A stretch of DNA of 63,270 nucleotides, the filler included, from Craspedostauros australis (taxonomy: Eukaryota): NCBI GenBank assembly GCA_030167865.1. It is 11 parts of 11 records of this genome, joined end to end, with 100 filler letters (N's around TTAATTAATTAA, not from the genome) between each part and the next. Parts side by side here need not be neighbours in the genome. Positions count along the whole stretch, not along the records: positions 18,606 to 49,805 come from JALAGF010002453.1; 10 more parts are not named here. One strand, written 5' to 3'. The position numbers and the translations under genes are program-made. Positions 34,986 to 47,602 of the stretch are shown here, in pieces (the first letter of the stretch is position 1; the number at the start of each line of letters is the position of its first letter). The notes beneath the pieces are model-generated. The model was not told where the DNA came from and searched no databases. It was given only the letters and a program-made list of their open reading frames with translations.

Positions 34986-37900
34986 ATGTTGACGCAGCCA
35001 AGCAGACAGCTGGGTCGGGATCGTGCATCGGATGATGACCGAGCAGACAACTGCTGGTGCGGCCGCATCACCAGCAACACCAACAGCAATACCAACAGCA
35101 ACAGCAACAGCAACACCAACACCCACAATGACCATGCGAATGGACCGCAGAGCGGCGATCTGGTGGAGGGTTCTGCCCATGATGACGATTCGACGCAGAT
35201 CACCCTGGATACGGAGCTCAGGAAACGGGCCTCGATCGCCCTGAGACGAGCTGCTGCTGCCGCTGCTGCCGCTGCTGCTGGTGAGGTGGCGCGTTCCGAT
35301 CAGCAGCAGCAGGCCCAGGACGTCCCCACACTGCACGAACTCCCGCTGCTGAGGCACTCCATCAGCATCCAATCCGTCGCTTCGAACTGCTTCGTCGGTC
35401 GCGACAGAGAAATCTACGCCCTCGAGCGTGCCTATCAGCAGCACATCGTCGCGGACCAGCAGGAGACTCCCACCACGCGAGCTTCGGCACCCTCGTCGTC
35501 GCAGGCCTTTTCGTTGTCGCATTCCAGACGCACGCAGCCCTTCTCGAAAGGACCTCGTGCGCGACGGCATCACAAGCTGCCCATCGTCCTCGTGCATGGT
35601 TGCAGCGGGATCGGCAAGACCAGGTTCGTGCGAGAATTCGTCAAGCAGAAGCTCGGTAAGCGCGATGACAAGGAAGCAGCCGCAGCAAGCGGCGACAGCG
35701 ACGGCGACAACGACAGCATAGATCATGTGGAAAACAAACGGTCCAGCACCAAACCTGGCAGATATGGTCGCCAAATTGACAGCAGCAGCAGCAGCAGCAG
35801 CGAAGGAGACAACGATGAGAGTGATAGCGACAGCGACAGCGACAGCGACAGCCACGACGATGATGGTGGCGAGAACGATGGCGGCAACACGGGTCGTCAC
35901 GGAAATAGGAGAGGGCCGCAGCACGCACGCGGCAGGCATGTTCGGCATGAGAGCAATAACGATGATGATAGTGACGACGACAGCAGCGACAGCGAGGAGG
36001 ATAGCATCGATCGATTGGGGCGTGGAGGCGCAGCGCTTGCACCATCTCGCCAAGCCCATCGCAGCAGCGCACCGGCCTCAACGACACCATCCAAAACAGC
36101 AGCGGCAGCAGCAGAATCGCAAACGCCCCTCTTCTATGCCATCTACGGAAAGTACGAGGAACCGCGCACACCATCGGCATCTAAAAAGCCCTCCAGCCAA
36201 GCCTGTGATCCACAGGGTGACAACACTGTCGCATCCTCCACAGCATCAACATCATCGTCGCAATCCGCGAAGGACCCCGTGCTGCACAGCAGTCCTTTCC
36301 TGGCCTTCACGCAAGCCATCTCCGACCTTTGCTTCCAGGTGGGCAAGGATGACGCCGAATGCAGACGCCTGCGCGCGCGCCTCAACGATGACCTGGTTCT
36401 GGATCAGGACATGAGATGCATGCTTTTGGCGTGGATTCCGGCGCTGTCCGTGCTCCTCAGCGAAGCCCCAGATGGCACCGATGCTGCGGCCACGTCGACT
36501 TGCGACGCCACGTCGCAGCCGGTCACCGGCACCGGGATGATCTGGAATCGCTTTCAGTTCACGGTCCAACGATTTCTCAAGGCGGTTGCAACTGCGCAGT
36601 GCCCCATAGTGCTCATTCTGGATGACATTCAGTGGTCGTCCGCGGTCGGCATGGATCTGCTGTCCACAATCTGCCTGGACCCGGACTTGCGTTACACCAT
36701 GATCATCGGCTGCATCCGGACCGAAGACATGAAGGGTGCTTGTGAGACCCCGTCTTCTGCAGATGCGGAAGCAAGCGGGAGAGATGCTGCGACTGTGCCA
36801 ACCACCGCCTCTTGGTGCGGCCTGGAGGACGATCCTTCGAAGACGTCCATGGGTGAAGTGCACCCAAAGCCCCGCGCAGCCAGCAGCAGCAGCACTCCAC
36901 AGGCATCACCAAGCAGGGCCCAAAGCGAACAACCCAATGATTCCAGGCACAAGTCGACGGCATCGTTGTCATCGACGTCGTCGGCACCGCAGGGCATGAC
37001 GTTGGAACGATTGCGCCGTCGACGGCTGGAAAAGCAGAGAAGGAAGATGACGGACCACCAGCAGCACCAGCACCAGCTGACATCGTCCACCTCACCGGCG
37101 GTGGTTGCCAAGCTGCTGCTGCGGTTCGAGGAGGCCGACAAGCAATGGAATGCGGTGCAGCTGAAGCCGTGGAACGCTTACGACATCTCCTCCTACATCT
37201 GCCTGCTCTTTCGTCTCAATCGCAAGAAGGCCACGCGATCCAATGACTTCCAAGACTTCGTGCAGCACCTCCTGCGCACGACCAAAGGCAACGCCCTGTA
37301 CATCCAGCAGCTCCTAGATGACTACAAGCGCAGCAAGGTGGTGTACTACAGCCACGCAAGATCGACGTGGGACTTCAACCTCGACAACTTGTCGCAGCCC
37401 CGACAGCCACGGCAACGTCACAACAAGAGCACCAACGGTGACAGCGATGTGCCGCCGATCTACGAGCAGCTCATGGGCCTGATCGTGACCAACTTGCAAC
37501 AGCTCCATCCCAAACTCCGGACCATGCTGGTCCTGGCCTCGTACATCAAGTGCGCCTTCGATGCTCAGACCATGGGTGCCGTCATCAACTACGAGGAGAT
37601 TCATCAACAACGAATCAGGGAGCATCAGCAACGACAGCAGGAAGAAGGAGCGCGTGCCATTGAAGCGTACGATGAGCAGGCTTTGAATAACCAGTCCGTG
37701 CCCTGCAATAAGCTCATCGGCGATGTCGATGATGGTGACATCATGCTCGCGCTGCCTCAGCACCATGAAGTTGCCGAATTTCTGGAGCAGGCGGTGCTCT
37801 TCGGTATACTGACCAACGTGCTGGGCGGCTCAACATATCAATTCACACACAATCGCATCCAGAAGGCATCTCACACTCTTTGCGTCATGAACACAGCTCA

Positions 37901-40004
37901 GCAACGCAACTTGCGATATAGAATCGGGCGTTGCCTGCTGCGGTACTACACTCAAAGCGATAACAGAGACGCTACGAGCAAATCGCAAGCACAAGCACAC
38001 CCCTCGACATCACTCAAGTTGGAGTCGCAGTGGGACACGCGAATTCAGTCATCATTCGTTGACCATGCGCTCTTATTCGTTGCGGCGGATCATCTGAATG
38101 CAGTCCTGACCACCGACGACGGCCATGCGAACAACTGCGACGGCGGCGACAACACGACGTCTACGGAGACCGAAGTCAGCTCGAGCAGCAGCATCAGCAA
38201 TGAGCGAATGGAAGGCAAGGACTTCCTCATGGTACTGAATTTGAAGGTCGGCGAGAAGGCTCTGCAGATGGCGGCGCTTGGCCTTGCCGCCACGCACCTT
38301 GAGCTGGCAGCGAAGGCAATGTCAGAGCTCCCCTGCGTGGTTGCCGGTGGTGGCATCGAGAAAGCGTGGGATGAGCACTACGACACCGTCCTACGTCTCC
38401 ACCAAGCGCGTTCGGAGGTAGAGCTGACGTTGGGGCGTTTCGATGAAGGATACGCGATCGGTGAAGTTGTCCTGCGGCAGGCGAAGGGTCTGCTGGATCG
38501 GTTGCGAACGCGCCTGTCCATGGCGACCGCGCTTGGACGCAACAGCCGCCACGTCGAAGGCTTGGAGATGAGCTGCACGGGCGTCCAGTTGCTCGGTGAG
38601 TACCCGTCGAGATTCTACAGGGGCCACATCCTCAAGAAGTACGTGTCCTTGCGCTCGTACTTCAAACGCCACTCCGATAGCGATATCGTTGGCCTTCCGA
38701 TCAACACGGACCCATCCAAGCTGATGGCCATGAAGCTCATGGCGCAGGTCATCATCCGTTCATTCATCCTCCAGAACTACAAGCAATGGCTGCTGGCTAT
38801 GCTCCGAATGATCCAACTAACGGCCCGATCGGGACTGTGCGAGAACTCTGCCATAGCCATGGCAAGTTACGGGATCCTTGCCGCGATCAAAGGCGATCAA
38901 AAGTCAGCCTTGCGGTACGGCACGCTGGCCAAGCGGATCCTCGACAAGGTCGGCAGCAAGGTCACGGATGGCTGGGTGTACTTCGTATGCAGCACCTACA
39001 TCGACGCTTGGACGGAGCCTTCCGTCGACATCGTGAAGAACTACCGCAAGGCCCACGCCGTCTCTATGCAGGCGGGTGACTTCGAGGTCGCCTTCCTCAA
39101 CTGGCACATGGCCAACGCCCATGCGTACTGGGACGGATTCAACTTGGATATGCTGCACATCGCCGGTAGCTACCTGCTGGACCAGATGAGCCTCTACAAG
39201 GTCCATTCCTTGGTGGAAACGAAGGCGGAGCAGCAGCGCATGCTCGGCATCATGCTGGGGAAGATCCCGCTCGATTGGGAGGAGCTGGAGAAGTATGACC
39301 AACGCAAGGAGTCCGATGACTCCCACTATCCCGTATACTGGCATTGGATGCGACTCCACATCGCCGTGTACTTCTTTCAGTTCGAGCTGGCAGAAAGGAT
39401 GGCAACGAAACTGAACGTGATCGCGGACAGCGAACCAGGGTACCTCATGATGACTGTCCGTCTCTTCCTCACAGGTATCATGGCAGCGGCCAGGTACCGA
39501 CAGACAGGCAACCGCAAGTACTTGCGTTTGCTGCGCCAGATGTACAAGCGCAGCAAGCACCTGAACAAGTCTCGCGGCAACAATAGCCTCCATCGCACGC
39601 TTCTCATGAAAGCGGAGCTCGCATCGACCACCACGCCCAACGCCTTCCGTCAGAACAAGATTAACTACGACAGCGCCATCCAACGGGCGGAAAACGCAGG
39701 GAACATTCATGAGGCTGGCTTTGCCTGCGAGCTTGCCGGCGAGTACATGTTGCGGTATGGCATGTTCAGCATGGTGGAGGACTACATGAGCCGGGCATAT
39801 TCCCTGTACAAGGAGTGGGGCGGCGTGGCGAAGATGGAATCATTGAAGCAGCGCCATCGGGAGCATCTGAAGAAGTCATTGCTCGGAGCAGAGGACGCAA
39901 AAAGCACCTGCACCACAACCCCCGAGGAGCTCACCATCGTCACCAACCCATCCATCAAGTACGACCTCATCTCCGTGTCATCGCCCAACCACTTCACAGT
40001 GTAG
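34986..40004 (+). CDS. STAND-class AAA ATPase (AAA_16/COG3899-like) with a C-terminal TPR-like helical region, 1672 aa, apparently intronless
   Basis: FVGRDREI, Walker A GCSGIGKT (35598-35621), Walker B IVLILDDIQW, TKGNALYIQQLL, YQFTHNRIQKA and C-terminal AYSLYKEWGGVAK, which are typical of the COG3899 module. Confidence 0.9.
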   Translation: MLTQPSRQLGRDRASDDDRADNCWCGRITSNTNSNTNSNSNSNTNTHNDHANGPQSGDLVEGSAHDDDSTQITLDTELRKRASIALRRAAAAAAAAAAGEVARSDQQQQAQDVPTLHELPLLRHSISIQSVASNCFVGRDREIYALERAYQQHIVADQQETPTTRASAPSSSQAFSLSHSRRTQPFSKGPRARRHHKLPIVLVHGCSGIGKTRFVREFVKQKLGKRDDKEAAAASGDSDGDNDSIDHVENKRSSTKPGRYGRQIDSSSSSSSEGDNDESDSDSDSDSDSHDDDGGENDGGNTGRHGNRRGPQHARGRHVRHESNNDDDSDDDSSDSEEDSIDRLGRGGAALAPSRQAHRSSAPASTTPSKTAAAAAESQTPLFYAIYGKYEEPRTPSASKKPSSQACDPQGDNTVASSTASTSSSQSAKDPVLHSSPFLAFTQAISDLCFQVGKDDAECRRLRARLNDDLVLDQDMRCMLLAWIPALSVLLSEAPDGTDAAATSTCDATSQPVTGTGMIWNRFQFTVQRFLKAVATAQCPIVLILDDIQWSSAVGMDLLSTICLDPDLRYTMIIGCIRTEDMKGACETPSSADAEASGRDAATVPTTASWCGLEDDPSKTSMGEVHPKPRAASSSSTPQASPSRAQSEQPNDSRHKSTASLSSTSSAPQGMTLERLRRRRLEKQRRKMTDHQQHQHQLTSSTSPAVVAKLLLRFEEADKQWNAVQLKPWNAYDISSYICLLFRLNRKKATRSNDFQDFVQHLLRTTKGNALYIQQLLDDYKRSKVVYYSHARSTWDFNLDNLSQPRQPRQRHNKSTNGDSDVPPIYEQLMGLIVTNLQQLHPKLRTMLVLASYIKCAFDAQTMGAVINYEEIHQQRIREHQQRQQEEGARAIEAYDEQALNNQSVPCNKLIGDVDDGDIMLALPQHHEVAEFLEQAVLFGILTNVLGGSTYQFTHNRIQKASHTLCVMNTAQQRNLRYRIGRCLLRYYTQSDNRDATSKSQAQAHPSTSLKLESQWDTRIQSSFVDHALLFVAADHLNAVLTTDDGHANNCDGGDNTTSTETEVSSSSSISNERMEGKDFLMVLNLKVGEKALQMAALGLAATHLELAAKAMSELPCVVAGGGIEKAWDEHYDTVLRLHQARSEVELTLGRFDEGYAIGEVVLRQAKGLLDRLRTRLSMATALGRNSRHVEGLEMSCTGVQLLGEYPSRFYRGHILKKYVSLRSYFKRHSDSDIVGLPINTDPSKLMAMKLMAQVIIRSFILQNYKQWLLAMLRMIQLTARSGLCENSAIAMASYGILAAIKGDQKSALRYGTLAKRILDKVGSKVTDGWVYFVCSTYIDAWTEPSVDIVKNYRKAHAVSMQAGDFEVAFLNWHMANAHAYWDGFNLDMLHIAGSYLLDQMSLYKVHSLVETKAEQQRMLGIMLGKIPLDWEELEKYDQRKESDDSHYPVYWHWMRLHIAVYFFQFELAERMATKLNVIADSEPGYLMMTVRLFLTGIMAAARYRQTGNRKYLRLLRQMYKRSKHLNKSRGNNSLHRTLLMKAELASTTTPNAFRQNKINYDSAIQRAENAGNIHEAGFACELAGEYMLRYGMFSMVEDYMSRAYSLYKEWGGVAKMESLKQRHREHLKKSLLGAEDAKSTCTTTPEELTIVTNPSIKYDLISVSSPNHFTV

Positions 40005-42807
40005 AATAAATTAGTCCCATCCAACTTAGGATGTGATACGAGCGCCGAAGCGCGCTGACGCAGAGTAGCTCTATTCGTGGCCCTTGCCGAATGCAGTCGT
40101 ATCTGCACGAAACTCATTATTGTGCTCCACTATTATTGTATGAGCTACGCGCATGACTTGCGCTCTGTCGCGGTCGAGCATGGCACTGCCATTACGATCT
40201 ATCATACGTAGTCGTACGAGTTATCGATTTGCTCTGTATGTCTGCTCGTTAACCTGGCTCATACTCGTATCTAGTCTGACCGTTCGGAAGACAATGGCGC
40301 ATGGTGGATTAGCGTGTCCGAGTGTGTGGTCCACAATTGTATTGTTGGTGTACGAGCTCTTCTCTCAGACTTATTGACGTCATCATTACAAAGGAAGAAC
40401 ATTCGATCCCTCACCATGGGACAACCGCGTCACAGGTGCGAGCATCGACAGACCACGAGGTTCTGTCGAATAGTAGCATGCGATAGTTGGTACGAGTCTT
40501 CTACTCTATGTACGTGTGGTAGGAGCTGCGAGTACCGTACTCCAAAAGAAGCCAGCCCACGGACAAGCGCCCAGCTGTTCCTGCCTCCACTGGTCGGCTC
40601 CAAGTGCGAGGAATCACATTTGCAATCACCCCGACTGTCTTGCGAGCCATGACAGATCACTGGCAGCAACCAGCCCCCTGCTCACAAAAAGGAGTCTCGC
40701 GTTGAAGCAACTGATTTAATGGAAAGACACCGAATTCATGTTTTCTGTTGTCGTTGTCGCACAGCAGGGCACAAGCAAGCGGTTGCAGCGGAGCAAGAAT
40801 GCAAGAGCGGAGCATGGCGCAGCACATAATAGCGTAGCATGGTCGTACTTCACAGGACAACCAGAGTGGAGGCCTCCACTTTAAGAGTAAAATGAGATGT
40901 TCTACAGTGTGGCTCGCTTCATGGTGCCTCCGTGTTTACTTGCCTGCATACTATTGGTAGAGGAATATCGGAGTGTCGAGATAGCAGCGCAGCCTCACAG
41001 GGGTGCAGTTGCATCTACGCGCTTCGACACCCGCAGCAAGACACCCACGTGTCCATTGCAGCTTCGAACCGTGATGACGCGCACCACATCACGTCGCGAG
41101 AGGTTCCTGTGCGCCAAAACAGCAGTAGGTGGGGAGCAGATGGTTTGGGGATGTCACAGGCTTCCGCCCCAACACCAGCAACGCAGAGAGGGGCCACAAC
41201 AAATTGCGCAACGATGACCAATCGACAATCAACACCGCACGACCAGGGGCTGCAATACGACCTGGCCACACGTCTCAGCATGCGACCCTGTCGACTATCT
41301 ACACCCAAGCCCCCCAAGGAATTGGCACACGACAAGCAAAAACGAAACGAAATGATGGCATGCAAGAGCCATTGAATGCTATTCCACCGAGGTAGACGTC
41401 TCTAACATCATATTAGTATTAGCTTGCGGGTACGCTACTCTGCTTGACAACGACGCACATCACACTGTGAACATTCAGCGATGTCGTTTTTATGCACCTC
41501 CACTGCTGTCAACTCTACTGTCTACTCTCTCTCTCTCTCTCTAGAGTACTCCAATGGCACAGTGCATCGTCTTGTTGGCGGTTGGCGCAAATGCGTGACA
41601 AGGTGCCCTTTCTTGTGATAGAACAACTGGATTCGAGCTCAGGTCACAACCTGTTCACTCATAGCATTCCTCTAAGTGGACGCGTCATCGTCATTGTCAA
41701 AGCCGTCTGTTGTCCAATCTGATTGGGCAAAAGCAGATGGATTCCTTTGCCTTGCGCATTATTTGGATTTGTGCGTTAATCGTCTTTGGGCAGATGTCCG
41801 ATACACCGTGATGTTCGGCAGATCTTTTCCGCCAACAGGTCCGCCAACGCAACAACCAACGAGTCAAGACGTGGCGCATCGTCTTGTCCTCACAAGTCCA
41901 CCTTGCTGGTTTGCATGCGCTGTGATGCACATCTGCGTTGCCCAAAACATTGGAATGTCGATGGTGAGATTTATCACAACGACAACGCTCCACACCGCGG
42001 TATTCATTCGAGCAGAGCCGCCAAGTGGCTATGACCACTCTCGCTCTCAGTCTCACTCTCGTTTCCACAAACACAACCACATTCACGATCACGATCACAC
42101 TTGCGCAAACACAAACCCGCAGAGCACAGCACATGGCACACAGCACACTTACTGATCCACGTTCATCCTCGCCTTCTACCACTCCGCTCAAATATTCAAG
42201 CCACTACTCAACCCGACCTCATCCGCAACCTCTGTTGCCATCCTCAACCCCGCTTCGTGCCTGTGGTGAGTTGCTCTGTTCCCCTTCATCCGCATTGCCG
42301 CCGTGTTCCTCCGCCGTTGTTTCTTGTCAGCACAATTGGGACCATCCACCCATAGCACCCAACAACAAGACGAGAGCAGAAGAGATCGTGGGTGAGTTTC
42401 AGTGCATGCTCGCGGGGAAGGGTGTTCAATGAATCGAATCGACGAGCATCAAGATGGATGTCGCTGGAGTCGCTTCCGCACAGATCCAGCGCGCTGCCTG
42501 CAATGCTCAAGATGATCCAAACCTCGGCGCGACCGTAGACCTCTCGTATGCATGCAGGCGTTTGTCGACTCGGTATGATTCGCTTCGTTTTGGCCGTGGC
42601 CGTCTCACGCTCTTCGTCGAAGCAAGCAGGGTGCCATGCTCGTATGGGGCGGTGCATACGAAACCCATGCTCATTCGAATGGTTGACTTCTATCATATTA
42701 TGTTATGTTGGAGGATTACACTCATCTGTGTTTGCCCTTGGCTTTCCGTTTGTCTCATGTGCTCAGATTCGAACCCATATTCGTACATTAGCGAAAGGCT
42801 GTCCGCA

Positions 42808-43581
42808 ATGACACAAGGTTGCAGCGGCAATCCTGTCCCGCCGTCGAGGAGGACACCCCCGATGCCACAAGCGCAGTCAGGTCACACCTTAGCAGCCGCG
42901 TTGCTCAGAAATCACGTCGGCCAACTTCAAGCCACGGCCAACCACGGTCGTGAAGAGCCGACGCGCGGTCGTGGAGATGACCATGGCAGGAACACTGAGC
43001 TTGGTGAGGGAGATTTCGTGTCTCTTCCTCCTAGCCATGCCGTTGTCCCGGGCTCCGTCACTCCCTCCGTTTTCTCAGAGCCTGTGAGGGCATTGTACAA
43101 CGGAAATGCCCTCCTTTCCCTCTCCACGGAGCCGTCCATTGACTCCACTGCGGGTATGCACGCGGATGTGAACATGGCGATGGACGTTTCTCCACCCTCC
43201 ATCTTCCATCCCGGTGGACCCTTGCCGGGTCACGGCGACAGCAGGGGCCGCAGCCCCCGCTGCAATCAAGATCATCAAGGGCGCGATTGTAGGTGCGCCT
43301 TCCAGATCGAGAACATCATCGATGATGTGTTGGATATCATCCAATCCGACATCGACACAGTGTGGGCCATCGGACACGGTGACGCTGTCGATCCCAATAT
43401 CCTGTTTGGTGATGGCGATGGCATCGACGGTGCTGACGATCGCATCGCCCACGTTGATGGGTCCGATCGCAACCCCTACTTTGGCGGCAGGGGTCACCCC
43501 GCAGCTCTCCGAGATACGGTCGGCGTCGCTTGGAACGACAGCGATCCCTTCACCCAATCAGGCCAGTTCCTGGATCAGTAG
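42808..43581 (+). CDS. Hypothetical low-complexity protein (257 aa from ATG 42808; the frame is open from 42454)
   Basis: Coding-like composition and an amphipathic IENIIDDVLDIIQ stretch. A possible upstream intron runs from GTGAGT at 42392 to TTAG at 42791. No domain recognised. Confidence 0.45.
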   Translation: MTQGCSGNPVPPSRRTPPMPQAQSGHTLAAALLRNHVGQLQATANHGREEPTRGRGDDHGRNTELGEGDFVSLPPSHAVVPGSVTPSVFSEPVRALYNGNALLSLSTEPSIDSTAGMHADVNMAMDVSPPSIFHPGGPLPGHGDSRGRSPRCNQDHQGRDCRCAFQIENIIDDVLDIIQSDIDTVWAIGHGDAVDPNILFGDGDGIDGADDRIAHVDGSDRNPYFGGRGHPAALRDTVGVAWNDSDPFTQSGQFLDQ

Positions 43582-46500
43582 GTACGCATCGCAAATGCCA
43601 TCTCAAGCAGCAGCATGTTCACGCCATACCAAGACGGAAGGAAGATGTGCTCCTGCACCATCAGACGCTTGCTCGTCAGGTGTCATGGGCCACGCGTCTG
43701 AACAAGAAGAGGCCTTGACTCGCGGCGTTGTAAACCCGTAGTGTACAATTTGCATCGTGACACTCGTATGGACCGACCGTCCTGTACTTGCATGAATACG
43801 CGATCCTGCCGTAGCTGGGATGGGTGCATGGACAGCACATCACAGTTGGCCGTACAATTCTGAATCCTCGTATTGCACCATGTGATCGAGCGAGCAGGAG
43901 ACGTCCGGACGAGAATGATGTTGGAATTTGCGCCTTCGAGACTTCTTCTTTCCATGACCACCACCTGCCTTTCGAAGCATGTAGCGCTGCCATCCACCCT
44001 CGCGGGTGATGGATGAAGCATGTATGACATCATAGCGCAGAAGAATCATTCAATCTGCTAATACTCTGACGAGTACCTCGTTTTGTTCCCAGCTGTGCCT
44101 GTTGCAGCATTGGGTAGTTGCATGGGCTCGCTATGCATTATGCCAGTTGCATCGTCGCAGATGGTTGTGGTGACGTATCTGCCTGTGTAGTATTGTATTG
44201 TATTATAGAATATCATATATTACGGTCGAGTAGAGTAGTTGTGTGGGCATGTGCGTGTTGCATCTTCATTGCTCTATCCTGCCATTGTGCTCGTGAGTGC
44301 TCGTATAATATGTTGTCTAATATAATAGAATACTAATTTGTTGCCTAAGTTGCACTCTGATCCCTTGTGCTTGCCTCGTTGTGTGTTGGACAACTCTCTC
44401 ATTCCGGATGCTTGCCCTTGGCCTGGCACCACCACCAGCACGATTAACACTGGAGAAAATGGCACAGCCCGTCCGACGCCGTCTGAGAGGAGGATCGGAG
44501 CACAGAATCCTCACACTTGTCTCCACGTGATCCTCCACTGCGCACGCGCCCATCCAGAGGGGGAATGCCGATGACCAACCATGGCGCGTAAATTCACGCG
44601 CACGGTTGTAGAATGCGTGACCAGTTTCCGCCCAAAAGGAACCGCGTTAAAACTTGGAGCCAGACCGAACAGGAAGACCCACTTCACGGTCCATCACCCT
44701 TCACGCGCATCGCCGCCCATTCGATCGTTGATGGCACGCGCCCGTGTTTTGCCATAAAATGGGAACCCCAGGAATCGTCACTGTGCGTACGCAGGAGCTG
44801 GAAAATTGTGTCAAACGCCCTTCTGTCAGGGTGAATGATGGCAGATCTTCGAACAGACAGCCATTTGGCGAGCAGAGAGAGAGAGAGAGAGAGAGAGAGG
44901 ATCTGAAAAGCATCAAAGATCCCAGTGACGCAGCGAGTTCGTAGGAGAGTGGAACAATGAAGGGGAAGAAGATGACGGGAAGGATACCGCAACCGGATAG
45001 TGACGATCGTGACGGTCGTGGTCGGAGGAACAAGGGGGAACGGAATGGACCCTGCTTGCACACAGGCTCCGAAGTCGTAAGCAAATGTACTCTTACTACA
45101 CATTTGGAATCAAGCATCACCATCTTACAGAAAACCAGACAGGAAGGAAGGAAGAGCAATGACGCGAGTCGATGGTGGGAACATGATGGCAGGCAAAGCA
45201 GATGGTGGAAAGTGACATCATTGGGGATGAGCAGACAGCGTTCTAGATCCACGGCATCGAACCCTCCGAGCAACGTGACAAGATCCTTGCAACTTCAACG
45301 GCCATGATGATGGAAGAAAGCAAACAGCACCAGCGATAGTAATGACACGAGATGTGTCGGCGATGTGATGTATTATATAATAAGTAATACCCCTGGCAAA
45401 ATAGCAGCCGGAGGACTCGAAGAGCGCTCAGTTTTGGCAATACACATCTCTACTGTTCGAGCAGTCTGATGTTGTATGTCAACGATCCCTTTCTAAGAGC
45501 AGCGTGCTGTTGATGATGCACCACTCTGGGCGAGTGAATGAGAGTGGTAACGGAGCATTCACGACCAGTAACCTGTGACACAGTGGCCAAACGCGCAGCT
45601 GCGCAAAGAAGGCAGGCTATGCTTTGCGTCTGAGGGACGGCGTATGGTTAGTACCGATGTCTCGTGATGTTGGCTTTGGCTTGTGGGCACGCCGACGTAG
45701 AAGCACTTGTGGAGAGGGCGGCACGGGATCATGTCCGCACTACGCGTATAATATGATTTTGTGGGTGATTGCTAACACAATACAGGCAGCTTCAGTTACA
45801 GCGATTCCATTCTACCATGCCGGCCAAATTCGACCTGGGGAGATGCGTCGGTGGCTCGATCCTCATCCTTGGATCTGTACGAATCATCTATCAATCGCCT
45901 TCCATCCATGGCCTTTCATAGACGGCCATTCATCCATTCACTGACCCTTCCAACATTCAGTACCACCCAAACGAAGTCGGGTCTCTCCAGCAACACGAAA
46001 CGCGCAAAGGAGACCGCCTATCATCAACAGCTAAGCGCTTATGATGAACACAAACGAGTGACTCAATTATTGTCCGACAACATCAACGCGCCCAGTATGA
46101 GGCGGTATGCCCATGCCACAAAGTCCATGGCAAGTCAGCAAGTCCGAAAGTCGGCACAATCAGAGACCATAACCGAGCAGTTCGGTTGCTCATGGTCGTG
46201 CTTCGATATTCCAGCTCGTACACACTGTGAGCAAAAACGAGACATGGTCTTGAACACAGCATCTCTTCGCTGAATGTCCAATGGCGAATACAATCGATGA
46301 GCACCTGCATCTAATCAGACCAAGGCTCATTCCACCATGCTGGAAAAGGAGATTGTGCCGTTGCATCGACTGGCAATGATCAACTGAGGTCGAGGAAAAC
46401 ACTTGCCCATACATTCAGCATGGATCGAGTGTACCTTTGAGGCGTACATCCAACCCTGTGGCGACAACTGAAAATTACGCACGATCATGAGCACGACTGC

Positions 46501-47602
46501 GAGCACCTGAAGGGATGCAAGGCTTTCCTATGAGCCGGTTGGTTTGCATACGAGTGGAGCAGACGATTCACTTGGCTCTCCTCCACAGTCCATAGCGGAG
46601 CCAAGTTTGCACGACCCTCGGCGGCAATGAAAATGCCACAGTACGACAACCGACCGAAGTCGTTTCATCATGTAGATCCGCGGGTGGAACGAGCCATCAT
46701 CTGTTGCGGCAAGGCTTTCGTTACCATGCTTAATGCCTCGAGTGAGAACTCGTGCGATCGGCAACGTTCTACGAATGCCACGGCACCGACGAATTCTCAC
46801 TGGGACAATCGACGATTCACACCTCTCTACTTTGGCAGAGCGATAAGATACAATCGCAGAGTTCTGCAATGCACAATCCGCAAAACGTGACCAGCATTAG
46901 ACGACTTCTTGAGGATACACTTTGGCAGGAACCGGACGACGTGATGGATTGCATATCCGTCGTATCAGTATGGAATGGCATGGTACATCAGCGTGCTCTC
47001 GCTCGAGATGAAACCCCAGCTGCGATAGACCCTCTCTTTACGCTTGCCATTCTCGCACAGGTGGAGTTGTTGTTCACTGCGTGCCCGAGTACTCGTCGAC
47101 AGAGTCGACTGTCTAGCCTCACTGTTCGTACGGTACACACATCGCAGAAGTTTTGGTCGGTTGGATGAATCATACATGGATAAATGAGACTCGATCCATT
47201 CGATCAACATAGAGAAAGCACAGATTCACCCCTTTTTGGTTGATTCGTGACCCCTTTTCGCACCGTTTGAACTGTGTTCATTGGTACAGGAAACTGAGTA
47301 ATAACGATTGTTCGAGCGTTGGCAGTTATTATTTGAATTCCAACCAAGACACAAACAACACACCAATAACCAACGCTGCGACATGTGACAGAACAGTTGC
47401 CTTTCGGGGAGGTCATGTTGATGGTGGCTCGTGTGGAACAACAAGGGCATGACCACAACACGACCCCGTCAACTCGTCGGCGCACAAGTTGGGTGGTCGC
47501 CACATTCGCATGGTGTGCAGATACACTCGAAGAATGTCCTGTCGTACTCGCACGTACAGAAGTATTGAATCGACCAAGCCCCGCAGCAAATGATCCGAAG
47601 AC

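Noticed and set aside
34947..36059. Long antisense or overlapping ORFs (also 12714-13757, 53419-54513, 52995-54122, 56017-56988, 59348-60487, 59437-60591)
   Set aside because: Shadow frames of GC-rich, low-complexity real genes; no domain-like content.
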